This document shows, piece after piece, positions 11,971 to 24,800 of a DNA stretch of 64,000 nucleotides (within the stretch, counting starts at the first letter, position 1; every line of letters starts with the position of its first letter). Location: contig CATNEN010000012.1 in the NCBI GenBank assembly GCA_950097015.1, forward strand, positions 2,294,001-2,358,000. Direction: 5' to 3'. This DNA comes from Macrostomum hystrix (lineage: Eukaryota > Animalia > Platyhelminthes). The notes under the pieces are model-generated. The model was not told the origin of the DNA. It did no database searches and worked only from the letters and a program-made list of their open reading frames with translations. A program made the translations under genes and the position numbers.

Positions 11971-12248
11971 TCATGATGCTTATACTCGTAGATATTTATC
12001 TTAGTATCGGGGGCCCTCGCTTTCCCGTCGACAAATTTCGCCCTAATCCTCTCACCTCGGACGCAGTCGACGCCGCCTGTGTTCAGACGTCGGCTAGCGT
12101 GCCGGAGAACACGCGTCTCAACTCGCTGGTGTCCGCCATCAGCCCGCCAGCTCAGGGCGGTTTCAGTCCCAGCATCAGCTACTCGGACTCTACAACGTCC
12201 GCACAGTTCAGCTGCTACTTTTTCGCTAATAGCACCGGGGTGTACGTG

Positions 12249-12505
12249 ATGCGCACACATTTATCGACTGAATTCTTGCTCAAAGGCCTTCTATTTTAAA
12301 ACGGTCGTGTCCTCTCTCTTTTTTGAATCATTCGCTTAAAAGTTTTCTTGTGGAAGAATCAATCCTTTCTACCGCCGGTTCCGTTGGCTTCAACAATACT
12401 TGTAAGCTAATATGCAAAAACTGTAGCAGCCTTCGATGTAGATAAATTGAATTAACACCAAAGTTATTCGGTCCAGATGTAGCTTTTGCGCGGCAATTTC
12501 AAAGA
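12249..12505. repeat. Partial copy of dispersed block X
   Basis: Near-identical to 27109-27360 and 31062-31317. Confidence 0.88.
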
Positions 12506-12683
12506 ATGAGTCACTCACAGAATGAGTCACTCACAGAATGAGTCACTCACAGAATGAGTCACTCACAGAATGAGTCACTCACAGAATGAGTCACTCACAG
12601 AATGAGTCACTCACAGAATGAGTCACTCACAGAATGAGTCACTCACAGAATGAGTCACTCACAGAATGAGTCACTCACAGAAT
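12506..12683. repeat. 16-bp minisatellite (ATGAGTCACTCACAGA), about 11 copies
   Basis: Read directly; perfect copies. Confidence 0.95.
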
Positions 12684-12719
12684 GAACTCGAAATTATGAG
12701 GCTCAAGTACGAGTATATA

Positions 12720-14210
12720 CACTCAGCAACATTTAAAACCGCCACCCTAGAGCGAGAGAAACGATTCATCTCTACTCACTACGACAAATGACGCAATGTG
12801 CACCTGAGAGAGAGGTATAAAAACCGCGAATGACGCAATGCACTCTGCTCACGCATCCCCAGAGAAACGAAAGAGTCAAACTACCTCACAGTAGCATGGA
12901 AATCAGGGTTATTAAATAACAAATGTTGCTAGTACAAGCTGAACTTAATGTGAGCACTCATACAAAACTGTCAATAGCGCATGTAGCAACCACGAACCTC
13001 AACCAGAGCGGAAACTCGGCGTGGCATTCCCAAAATTAGGCGCCGCAATAAATTCTGAGGTAGCTGCTGCCATGCATTGATCATCGCCTGGCGAAGCTCC
13101 GCAAGATTCTGGGGCGGGGGCATTTGACGCTGGATGGTGCGTTTCATGAAATCCCAAACATGCTCAATGGGATTCATGTCAGGTTATCGCGATGGCCACC
13201 TCAGAGTTTGCAAGTTCAGTTGCTCCTTCAGCTGAGCCACAGCGGCAGCTAGGTGCGGCGGGGCGTTGTCGTCCCGGAGAATGCAGTTCTGAACCCCGCC
13301 AAATTCAGCATTGACAAAAGGCAGAAGATGCATTTGCAGTAAATTAGCGTAGACGCCTGCCGTAACATTTGAGTCCAGAAAGACAAGCTCCGTCTTGGCG
13401 TTCAACGTGATCCCCGCCCAAACATGCACCGAGGCTGACTGTCCGTCGGTGGCTTGAACGTGCTGTTGCAGCATTTCCTGCCGCGGCTCTCGCCAAACAC
13501 GAACGCGACCGTCTGCCTAAAAGAGGCGGAAGCGGCTCTCATCAGTGAATACGACGCGTCGCCATTGCTGCTGCCTCCAGTGAATTCGCTGCATCGCCCA
13601 TAGCTCTTGTGTGGCGCAGTGAGCAGGCGTCAGTCGGGGTCGCTTGCGCATCTTCCGGCAGCGCAGCCCAGCCGCCCAAATTCTCCGTCGAATTGTTTGG
13701 GCACTCAAGATATTCCCGCGCGTGCTTCTTTCACCCCAGATGAGTCGAAGCAATGTGGCAGGTAAGGTGGGGTTTCCCTTCACAATTCGCAGCAGTCGCC
13801 GATCAGCCCTTGCTGTGCTGCGCAGATGACGGCGCTGGACTCCACGATTTGCGTGCGCGACACTGCCAGTGTCTCTGGACTTCTGCAGAAGGCTGCGAAT
13901 CGTCGAACGTGATCTGCCGAATTGACGGGCTACTGCTCAGATGGACATTCCGGCCTCAAGCATGCCTATGGCTCGCCATCGTTCACCATCGGTCATGTGG
14001 CGGACCATTTTGGAGATAACGAGTAATACTGGTTACTGTTAGCTGCATTTTGACTGAGTGTGCTAAATCATCCATTTTGAACTTCGCGATAACCTTTTAC
14101 CCACCCCACTCTCCCACGGTAGTCAGGTGCACATTACATAATTTGCGGCAGTGAGTTGAGATCAACCGTTCCCCTCGCTCTACGGTGGCGGTTTTTAATG
14201 TTGCTGAGTA
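12720..14210 (-). mobile_element. Full-length Tc1-like DNA transposon with inactivated transposase
   Basis: Imperfect TIRs of about 70 bp (CACTCAGCAACATTTAAAACCGCCACC / GGTGGCGGTTTTTAATGTTGCTGAGTA) flanked by TA at 12718-12719 and 14211-14212. Motifs TDESRF, DDNAPPH and MNPIEHVWD are present, with a premature TAG near 13517 and a frameshift near 13180. Confidence 0.92.
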
Positions 14211-14768
14211 TATATGTGCCAAATGAAATCGCAATTTACAGTACACTTAGTTGAAGTTATTTTGAAGTCTAATATTTATTTAAATACCATTATGTCATCC
14301 TATTTAAAGCTGTCCTATCACTATGATATAGCCTATTTTTAGAGCCACGTTTGTACATCAATAACATCAATCCTGTATCTAATTTTTTGGGCATTCAGTG
14401 AGTGCCCTACTTACTGTCACCTAGTGCAAGTCATTAGCGGTAAATCAACCAATTCTTTTATCGATTTTTGCCATCATTCTTTAAATTCGTCGAAAATTGG
14501 AATTAGGCTCAAGTCATCGTCTCAAGCCTTTCTGACTGCTCATTGGGCAGTGTGTACTCCGCTTGACCAATCAAATTAAGGCGCTGTGTACGTAAGATGA
14601 CAAAAGTGATTACGTAATCAGATGTTTTGATTGCCGCGATCAATAAGGCCGATTTGGCAACCTACATAATAGCAAATCAAACAGTCATTGTGGCAAATTG
14701 TCCTGCTTTAATACTTCAATAGTAATTGTGAAGATTTCCGAGAAGCCGGCACTGCGATAAACGCAAAC

Positions 14769-16669
14769 ATGAAGTTGACCCTGATCTGCCTTATTGGCCT
14801 GGCCGCTGTGCTCATCTCCTGCTCAGGTGAATGGAAATTGCTGATTAAAACACTTCGACATCTTGAAGATCTATAAGCCATAATTTATTGTCTGGCCAAT
14901 ACTTTATTTAGTAGATGTCAATCCTGTATCTAGTAGATGCCAATCCTGTATCTAGTAGATGCTTATCCTGTATCTAGTAGATGCCAATCCTGTATCTAGT
15001 AGATGTCAATCCTGTATCTAGTAGATGCCAATCCTGTATCTAGTAGATGTCAATCCTGTATCTAGTAGATGCCAATCCTGTATCTAGTCGATGCCAATCC
15101 TGTATCTAGTAGATGCCAATCCTGTATCTAGTAGATGCCAATCCTGTATCTAGTAGATGCCAATCCTGTATCTAGTAGATGCCAATCCTGTATCTAGTAG
15201 ATGCCAATCCTGTATCTAGTAGATGCCAATCCTGTATCTAGTAGATGCCAATCCTGTATCTAGTAGATGCCAATCCTGTATCTAGTAGATGCCAATCCTG
15301 TATCTAGTAGATGCCAATCCTGTATCTAGTAGATGCCAATCCTGTATCTAGTAGATGCCAATCCTGTATCTAGTAGATGCCAATCCTGTATCTAGTAGAT
15401 GCCAATCCTGTATCTAGTAGATGCCAATCCTGTATCTAGTAGATGCCAATCCTGCATCTAGTCGATGCCAATCCTGTATCTAGTAGATGCCAATCCTGTA
15501 TCTAGTAGATGCCAATCCTGTATCTAGTAGATGCCAATCCTGTATCTAGTAGATGCCAATCCTGTATCTAGTAGATGCCAATCCTGTATCTAGTAGATGC
15601 CAATCCTGTATCTAGTAGATGCCAATCCTGTATCTAGTAGATGCCAATCCTGTATCTAGTAGATGCCAATCCTGTATCTAGTAGATGCCAATCCTGTATC
15701 TAGTAGATGCCAATCCTGTATCTAGTAGATGCCAATCCTGTATCTAGTAGATGCCAATCCTGTATCTAGTAGATGCCAATCCTGTATCTAGTAGATGCCA
15801 ATCCTGTATCTAGTAGATGCCAATCCTGTATCTAGTAGATGCGAATCCTGTATCTAGTAGATGCCAATCCTGTATCTAGTCGATGCCAATCCTGTATCTA
15901 GTAGATGCCAATCCTGTATCTAGTAGATGTCAATCCTGTATCTAGTAGATGCCAATACTGTATCTAGTAGATGTCAATTCTGTATCCAGTAGATGCCAAT
16001 CCTGTATCTAGTAGATGCCAATCCTGTATCTAGTAGATGCCAATCCTGTATCTAGTAGATGCCAATCCTGTATCTAGTAGATGCCAATCCTGTATCTAGT
16101 AGATGTCAATTCTGTATCCAGTAGATGCCAATCCTGTATCTAGTAGATGCCAATCCTGTATCTAGTAGATGCCAATCCTGTATCTAGTAGATGCCAATCC
16201 TGTATCTAGTAGATGCCAATCCTGTATCTAGTAGATGCCAATTCTGTATCTAGTAGATGCTAATCCTGTATCTAGTAGATGTCAATCCTGTATCTAGTCG
16301 ATGCCAATCCTGTATCTAGTAGATGCCAATCCTGTATCTAGTAGATGCCAATTCCAGAAAATAATTTTATCGAACATTCAATGCGGCATTCTCTATGCGA
16401 GTATTAAATTCAATGCAACAACACCCGTCTACCCGCTGTTTTTTTTAGAGGGATTTCATAGTTGCCGTCAAAAGAACGATCGCTGCCGTGCCTACTACCC
16501 ACGTTCGCGCCGGTGTTGCGGCGGTCTGGAGTGCCGCTCGGGTCGCTGCGACGCCGCCTGCCTGGAGCATCGCGCACTTTGCAGGCGCGACAACGAATGC
16601 TGCACCGGCGTCTGCATGTGGTCGCGCTGGCGGAAGCAGCGAGTTTGCAGTCTTGGCCACCACTGGTGA
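14769..16669 (+). CDS. Secreted double-knottin-like peptide A2, 92 aa, exons 14769-14826 and 16449-16669
   Basis: Signal exon identical to A1; donor CAG|GTGAAT, acceptor TTTTTAG|AG. Mature GFHSCRQKNDRCRAYYPRSRRCCGGLECRSGRCDAACLEHRALCRRDNECCTGVCMWSRWRKQRVCSLGHHW. Confidence 0.85.
14910..16350. repeat. Intronic 22-bp minisatellite, about 65 copies
   Basis: Same unit as 6953-7990. Confidence 0.97.
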
Positions 16670-17022
16670 AATGGTGGCTTCAATGACTGTCGAGTGATAT
16701 CTGTTTTAAAATTCACAGAAAGCTAGAAGTTAAGCGCATTAAATTTTACAGTATTACTGCGCAGCCAACTCTGACGGAAAATATATTCAATAATAAATCA
16801 ATAAATCGTTTAAAAACTTTTTAAATGAATGCTTTGATGAATTAATAAAAATGTAGAATGGCCTTATTAATAGTCTTCATTTTTTCCATAATACTTTAAT
16901 GGATGGAAATGGTTTATTGGTACTCGAGCCGACACTGAGAAATAAATTCAGCAGTCCACAGACACCGTGTAGTGCAGAGTCTCTAGCCAGCTCCACCGCA
17001 GCGGATGCGGGGATCAGCGTCG

Positions 17023-17372
17023 TCAGTTCCGCTTGCAGACTCGCTGCATCTGCCAGCGCGACCACTCGCAGACGCCGGAGCAGCATTCCTTGTCGCGTCG
17101 GCAGCTCGCGCGATGCTCCAGGCAGGTGGCGACGCAGCGACCCGAGCGGCACTCCAGACGGCCGCAACAGCTGCGCCACGGTCGGATGGCATCGCAGCGA
17201 TCGTCCTTCTGACGGCAGGCCTCTGAAACCGGTTGGGGATCATGGCGAATCAATGGAAATCCCATTGAAACTGCAATGCTTCTGTTGAGAATATTCTCCA
17301 GTTGACTCACGTACCTGAGCTGCAGATGAGCAGGACAGACAGCACGGCAAAGCACAGCAGAGTTGGCTTCAT
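17023..17372 (-). CDS. Secreted double-knottin-like peptide B2, 85 aa, exons 17372-17315 and 17222-17023
   Basis: Same structure as B1 with three amino acid differences (signal Y to C, CCGG to CCGR, CLK to CLE). Confidence 0.85.
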
Positions 17373-17654
17373 GATTTCTCACCTGTAGTTTGTACGAGCT
17401 AGGTTGCAGACTTTGCTTGTGGACTGACTAGATCTGCTTTAGTCGACTAGCGGCTTTATAGGGCTTGGAGATGCGAAGGCAGCGCCCCGGACCGCATGTT
17501 GGAAGCACCTGTGAGACTTGCACGGCCTGCTCTGGTCAGTGTTGCAAGTGACTAGGCTTTGAGCAACTCTTGATCAGCTTTATTAACCAACATGCGGCCT
17601 GTAGACTCAGCAGAGCATGCTGCTCGGTCATGTTGCTAATGGATATTGAGCATT

Positions 17655-17900
17655 GGACAACTGGGGACTGTTAACTGGAGATGGACAACTGGGGACTGTC
17701 AACTGGACATGGACAACTGGGGACTGCCAACTGGAGATGGACAACTGGGGACTGTTAACTGGAGATGGACAACTGGGGACTGCCAACTGGAGATGGACAA
17801 CTGGGGACTGCCAACTGGAGATGGACAACTGGGGACTGCCAACTGGAGATGGACAACTGGGGACTGCCAACTGGAGATGGACAACTAGGGACTGTTAACT
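17655..17900. repeat. 28-bp minisatellite (GGACAACTGGGGACTGCCAACTGGAGAT)
   Basis: Read directly; begins where unit 2 homology ends. Confidence 0.92.
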
Positions 17901-18061
17901 GGGGTTTTTTTACAGAATGACTTGCTACTTGACGGTTCGACTATGTGGAAGCATTTATCTCAATTTACTTAAATTCATTTAAATTCATTTTAATATTGTC
18001 ATTCCAATTCCTTTGTTACATTGAAATGCAAATATTTGTGAAAGCAGACGTAAAGAGTTGT

Positions 18062-18320
18062 ATTCTTATCAATATTCTTATCAATATTCTTATCAATATT
18101 CTTATCAATATTCTTATCAATATTCTTATCAATATTCTTATCAATATTCTTATCAATATTCTTATCAATATTCTTATCAATATTCTTATCAATACTCTTA
18201 TCAATATTCTTATCAATATTCTTATCAATATTCTTATCAATATTCTTATCAATATTCTTATCAATATTCTTATCAATATTCTTATCAGTATTCTTATGAA
18301 TATTCTTATCAATATTCTTA
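18062..18320. repeat. 12-bp repeat (TATTCTTATCAA)
   Basis: Read directly. Confidence 0.95.
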
Positions 18321-18861
18321 TATAAAACTTTTCTTTTTTTCGGTTTGTGTTTTTAACTCGAAAACTTAAGTCGAAGGCAGCAGCAGGTCAGTTAGGAATA
18401 ATATATATTCTTGCTGGCGCAGTTTTCTGAGCGCAATAAAACATTGCCCTGACTTAACGCTTTATTTCTGAACGGTAGCTAATGTTTAGTTTTCGCTGAA
18501 TTAATTAATTAATCCTGTATCTAGTATTAATTTATCGGATCGGGCCTTTCAAATGGCGACACCCGCAAGCGGATGGTCGGGGAGGTATGCGAGATTTTGT
18601 TGGTTTGAATTTGAATTTGAATTTCATTGCTTAATTTGCTTAATTTGCTTAATTTGCATAGTTTGTTTAAGCCTTCTTAAACAAGTTTAAGTTTTTCGTT
18701 GCCGCCAGCTCAGCATTTGTTACCGGCCCCGCCTCAAGACTCGCTGTGTATGGCTACTGGCGTATCTGCGGTCTGACTGTCTTCATAAATAGGGCACAGA
18801 GAGCTGCGTCACTGCCGCTGAGACAACACACTGTGCTTCCTAAATCAATATCGGCCTTTCA

Positions 18862-21800
18862 ATGGAGAATCCGGACGACAAATACAAGATCTTCGACAAC
18901 AGCGACATGAAGGACGGCGCCAGCGGCTGGCGGGTGATCGGCTTCGACTCGGGCGGGGTTATTGTCCTGCGGCGCCGATTTTCCTACACAATGGCTCTAG
19001 TCCTGCTGGCTGTTTGCTTTGGTTGCATGCTCGGCGTGATCTTCCTGATGCTGTTCAGCGTGTCCAGCGTGCATGTCGGCCAGCTCCGGGCTCAGGTTAA
19101 AGCTCTGCGCCAGGCCCAGTCGGAGACGTGCCGCACCGAGCAGTGCCTTCAGCAGGCGGCCTACCTGACGAAGATCATGAACCATAGCGCGGATCCGTGC
19201 GATGATTTCTACGAATACGCATGCGGCAACTTCGACCGAGTGCTGCCTTACGATCATTGGTTCGCTTACACCTCCGTGTTTCACGAGATGGACCGCAAGG
19301 CGCAGGACGACATCGAGACCACCCTGACTAAGCCGTTGTCCGAGGATGCACCTAGCTGGGAGGTGAAGGTCAAGGAGTATTACTGGATTTGTACTCAGTA
19401 CTATAGCACCTACCTGCACAATGAGAACCCGTTTATCACCGACGTGCTCAATCGGACTGATTTCGGCGGCCTGGGTAACTACCTGCTGGGCCGCAGCCTG
19501 GACACAGCCGATGTTGACCTGATGTTCCGGACTGTCAGTGGAAAATACTACGTGCCTTCGCTATTCAATGCTGGCAGCCGGTGGAGCGACTACTTGCACA
19601 AGACTGACTCTGACCGCAGATACAACATCTGGGTGAGCTGCGGCTTTTGCGCTTTGCTTTGAGGGTCAGCGATGGAGTCAGAAGCACGACAGTCAATGAC
19701 AACAGGCCTTTAAGGGTCAGTGACTTAGGGTGTGAGTTACTGAGAGTCAGTGGCATGGGACAGTGACAGGTCAGTGACAGGGGTCAGTTACAGGGGTCAG
19801 TGACAGGGCTCAGTGACGGGTCAGTGACAGGGGTCAGTGACAGGGGTCAGTGACAGGGGTCAGTGACAGGGGTCAGTGACAGGGGTCAGTGACAGGGGTC
19901 AGTGACAGGGTCAGTGACAGGGGTCAGTGACAGGGGTCAGTGACAGGGGTCAGTGACAGGGGTCAGTGACAGGGGTCAGTGACAGGGGTCAGTGACAGGG
20001 GTCAGTGACAGGGGTCAGTGACAGGGGTCAGTGACAGGGGTCAGTGACAGGGGTCAGTGACAGGGGTCAGTGACAGGGGTCAGTGACAGGGGTCAGTGAC
20101 AGGGGTCAGTGACAGGGGTCAGTGACAGGGGTCAGTGACAGGGGTCAGTGACAGGGGTCAGTGACAGGGGTCAGTGACAGGGGTCAGTGACAGGGGTCAG
20201 TGACAGGGGTCAGTGACAGGGCTCAGTGACAGGGGTCAGTGACAGGGGTCGGTGACATTGAGCTATTGATAGGGTCTCAGTCTTGAGAATAATTTGTGTA
20301 CGATATCAATACAAGTGACGATGATGTCAATTATTGATACAGTTGTTTTAAGAGTTGTGTTGACGTCAAAATTGCTTGTGACAAGGGATAACAGTTAGAT
20401 TTACCTTTACCAACAGGTTGGCCGCAGCTCGAAGAGCGTTGGAATCATTCGCTACAATCTGTACTACTCAAGGGTAAGTGTATTTATGCTCGCTGAGTTA
20501 TAACAAATGTCTACAGATAATTTAAATTATAAAATATCTTTTAAAAAACCTTCAGCACAAAGACATATACTTGCGATTCGTAAAGGAGGTGGCTCAACTT
20601 CTTATCAGGGACAGCAACATGAACATCCAGAATCAGGATCAGATTGCGAACACCTTTGCCAGCGATGTACTTTACATGGAGCAGCAGCTACTGCAGGTAC
20701 AAACTGACTGACTGACAAACTGTCAAAATAACTGACTGACTGACAAACTGTCAAAATAACTGACTGACTGACAAACTGTCAAAATAACTGACTGACTGAC
20801 AAACTGTCAAAATAACTGACTGACTGACAAACTGTCAAAATAACTGACTGACTGACAAACTGTCAAAATAACTGACTGACTGACAAACTGTCAAAATAAC
20901 TGAGTGACTGACAAACTATCAAAATAAATGACTGACTGACAAACAGTCAAAATAACTGACTGACTGACAAACTGTCAAAATAAATGACTGACTGACAAAC
21001 TGTCAAAATAACTGACTGACTGACAAACTGTCAAAATAACTGACTGACTGACAAACTGTCAAAATAACTGACTGACTGACAAACTGTCAAAATAAATGAC
21101 TGACTGACAAACTGTCAAAATAACTGACTGACTGACAAACTGTCAAAATAACTGACTGACTGACAAACTGTCAAAATAACTGACTGACTGACAAACTGTC
21201 AAAATAAATGACTGACTGACAAACTGTCAAAATAAATGACTGACTGACAAACTGTCAAAATAAATGACTGACTGACAAACTGTCAAAATAACTGACTGAC
21301 TGACAAACTGTCAAAATAAATGACTGACTGACAAACTGTCAAAATAACTGACTGACTGACTAAAATACTGACAGACTGACTGAAATACTGACAGACTGAC
21401 TAAAATACTGACAGACTTACTAAAATACTGACAGACTGACTGTAATAGTGACAGACTGAGTGAAATACTGACAGACTGAGTGAAATACTGACAGACTGAC
21501 TGAAATACTGACAGACTGACTGAAATACTGACAGACTGACTGAAATACTGACAGACTGACTAAAATACTGACAGACTTACTAAAATACTGACAGACTGAC
21601 TGAAATACTGACAGACTGAGTGAAATACTGACAGACTGAGTGAAATACTGACAGACTGACTGAAATACTGACAGACTGACTGAAATACTGACAGACTGAC
21701 TGAAATACTGACAGACGGACTGAAATAGTGACAGACTGAGTGAAATACTGACAGACTGACTGAAATACTGACAGACTGACTGAAATACTGACAGACGGAC

Positions 21801-24800
21801 TGAAATAGTGACAGACTGAGTGAAATACTGACAGACTGACTGAAATACTGACAGACTGAGTGAAATACTGACAGACTGAGCGAAATACTGACAGACTGAG
21901 TGAAATACTGACAGACTGACTGAAATACTGACAGACTGACTGAAATACTGAAAGACTGAGTGAAATACCGACAGACTGAGTGAAATACTGACAGACTGAG
22001 TGAAATACTGACAGACTGAGTGAAATACTGACAGACTGAGTGAAATACTGACAGACTGAGTGAAATACTGACAGACTGACTGAAATACTGACAGACTGAC
22101 TGAAATACTGACAGACTGACTGAAATACTGACAGACTGACTGAAATAGTGACAGACTGACTGAAATAGTGACAGACTGACTGAAAGACTGACAGACTGAC
22201 TGAAATAGTGACAGACTGACTGTAATACTGACAGACTGACTGAAGTAGTGACAGACTGAGTGAAATAGTGACAGACTGAGTGTAATAGTGACAGACTGAC
22301 TGAAATAGTGACAGACTGAGTGTAATAGTGACAGACTGAGTGAAATAGTGACAGACTGAGTGAAATAGTGACAGACTGAGTGAAATAGTGACAGACTTAC
22401 TAAAATACTGACAGACTGACTGAAATACTGACAGACTGAGTGAAATAGTGACAGACTGACTGTAATAGTGACAGACTGACTGTAATAGTGACAGACTGAC
22501 TGTAATAGTGACAGACTAACTGTAATAGTGACAGACTGAGTGAAATACTGACATACTGAGTGAAATACTGACAGACTGACTGAAATACTGACATACAGTC
22601 TGTCAAGTACGCACACAGACAGACTGACAGTTTTTAGAGATTCGCCGTCGCCGCAACCCGCAGATCCATCGCGAGTCATGGTCTAGCGAGTGGTCCATGT
22701 TCACGTGGGACGACCCCACGCACCCTGACCGCATGCTGAAGGTGAGCGATCTCACGTCGCGAATGTCCTCCCTGATTGACTTCAAGGCCTACCTGAGGGC
22801 CATCTATGGCGACAACAAGATAACGGATGACACCCCAGTGGTGATGTACAGCGCCAGCTACATGGACAAGCTCAACACACTACTCACACAGATGAGCAAC
22901 AATAACACATTGGAGTACAAGCGGTAAAGACTCACTGATAATAAAGCAGAAACTTGTGAACTTGTGTACTTGTGAACTTGTGTACTTGGGAACTTGTGTA
23001 CTTGTGAACTTGTGTACTTGTGAACTTGTGTACTTGTGAACTTGTGTACTTGTGAACTTGTGTACTTGTGAACTTGTGTACTTGTGAACTTGTGTACTTG
23101 TGAACTTGTGTACTTGTGAATTTGTGTACTTGTGAACTTGTGTACTTGTGAACTTGTGTACTTGGGAACTTGTGTACTTGTGAATTTGTGTACTTGTGAA
23201 TTTGTTTACTTGTCAATTTGTTTACTGGTGAATTTGTGTACTTGTAAATTTGTCTCTCAAGTGTAATAGTGAATTTGTGAATTTGTGAACTTGGGAAACT
23301 TAAAACTTAAGCAGTTTAACTTAAGCCATTAAACTAAAATCAAAACAGCAAAGTTGGCAACTTCCTTACCTGGGTGCTGGCCTCATTCTTCGAGTGGGAC
23401 CTCAGCCCGGAGTACCGGCTAAAATTCAAGTCAATTCGCGATATCACCTGGTACACATTCAATCCCGAGGAGAATGCGCATGATTTCTGCTTCGCAACCG
23501 CCCGATGGGGCATGAACAAGGCCTTGTCCGGTCTCTACGTGCGCGAGTACTTTGACGAGGCCAGCCGTGACAAGGCAAGACCTTTTGAGCTTCATGACAC
23601 ACTCTGAGCATAGTGACCTCCTGACCCCATTCTGAGCATTGTGACCTCCTGACCCCACTCTAAGCATAGTGACCTCCTGACCCCATTCTGAGCATAGTGA
23701 CCTCCTGACACCACTCTGAGCATTGTGACTCCTGCCCCATTCTGAGCATAGTGACCTCCTGACACCACTCTGAGCATAGTGACCTCCTGACCCCATTCTG
23801 AGCATAGTGACCTCCTGACCCCATTCTGAGCATAGTGACCTCCTGACCCCATTCTGAGCATTGTGACCTCCTGAGCCCATTCTGAGCATAGTGACTCCTG
23901 CCCCACTTTGGGTGAATTTGAGCATAAAGAATTGGGACCCATAACGGCTCATATCGGCTCTTTCTCCGGCCAGGCGAATACCCTGTTCGAGCAGCTAAGA
24001 CAGGCCACCAAGACAGGCATCGAAAGCGTTGACTGGATGGACGCTGACACGAAGCGGCAGGCCAAACAGCGAGTGGACGACATCGTGGAAAAATCTGGTT
24101 ACCCAGACGAGGCCAAGAATGACGCTTACCTGAACACTGAGTTTCAGAAGGTTCGTTTAGTTCAAGATTTATCCATGTCCGGATTTATCCGTGTCCGGAT
24201 TTATCCGTGTCCGGATTTATCCGTCTTTAATACAGCCCCGAACCACCCACCTCAGATCGACACAAGAAACGGCTATTTCAGGATGCTAATCAGCTCAATA
24301 GATTATCGCAAGCAACGGCAGCTGCGCCTTCTCGAAAGTTATAATCCGTTGGACATGGACCACTGGGGCCAGCTTTGGGACACGCACTCCAGTTACCAAT
24401 TGTACGGCAATGAACTGCTGGTGCAGGCCGGCATTCTGCAGGCACCTCTGTTCTCGAAGGACCTGCCCCAGCAGCTGGTCTACGGCGGCATGGGAACAAT
24501 GCTGGCATATGAGATCTTGCAGTCGTTTGACGTTTTCGGTTAGTGCTGTTGTGGAGTTGACTTAGGACTGGATATCTATAGCCTAGCCTGAATGTAAGCA
24601 CAAATATAAAATCCTACCTTGCTCCAGTCGGTGCTCATTGATGCAAACATAGCCATCTCACTCCATTCGATTTTTATTGGTGCAATCACACCCACCTCAC
24701 TCCAGTCGTTGGTCATTGGTGGAAACACACCCATCTCACTCCAGTCGATTTTGATTGGTGTAATCACACCAACCTCACTCCAGTCGATGCTCCAGACGAT

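Larger units (their letters stand above)
14264..17655 (+). repeat. Segmental duplication unit 2 carrying A2 and B2
   Basis: Collinear near-identical copy of 6322-9760. Confidence 0.9.

Noticed and set aside
10234-12299. Long Cys/His/Pro-rich ORFs up to 564 aa
   Set aside because: They are translations of 46-bp and 32-bp tandem repeats cycling through frames, with no start context or splice support.
18553-18590. Possible extra first exon MATPASGWSGR with GTATGC donor upstream of the M13-like gene
   Set aside because: No convincing in-frame acceptor before 18862; cannot be supported without cDNA.
21420-22679. 419-aa minus-strand ORF
   Set aside because: 20-bp intronic repeat of the M13-like gene.
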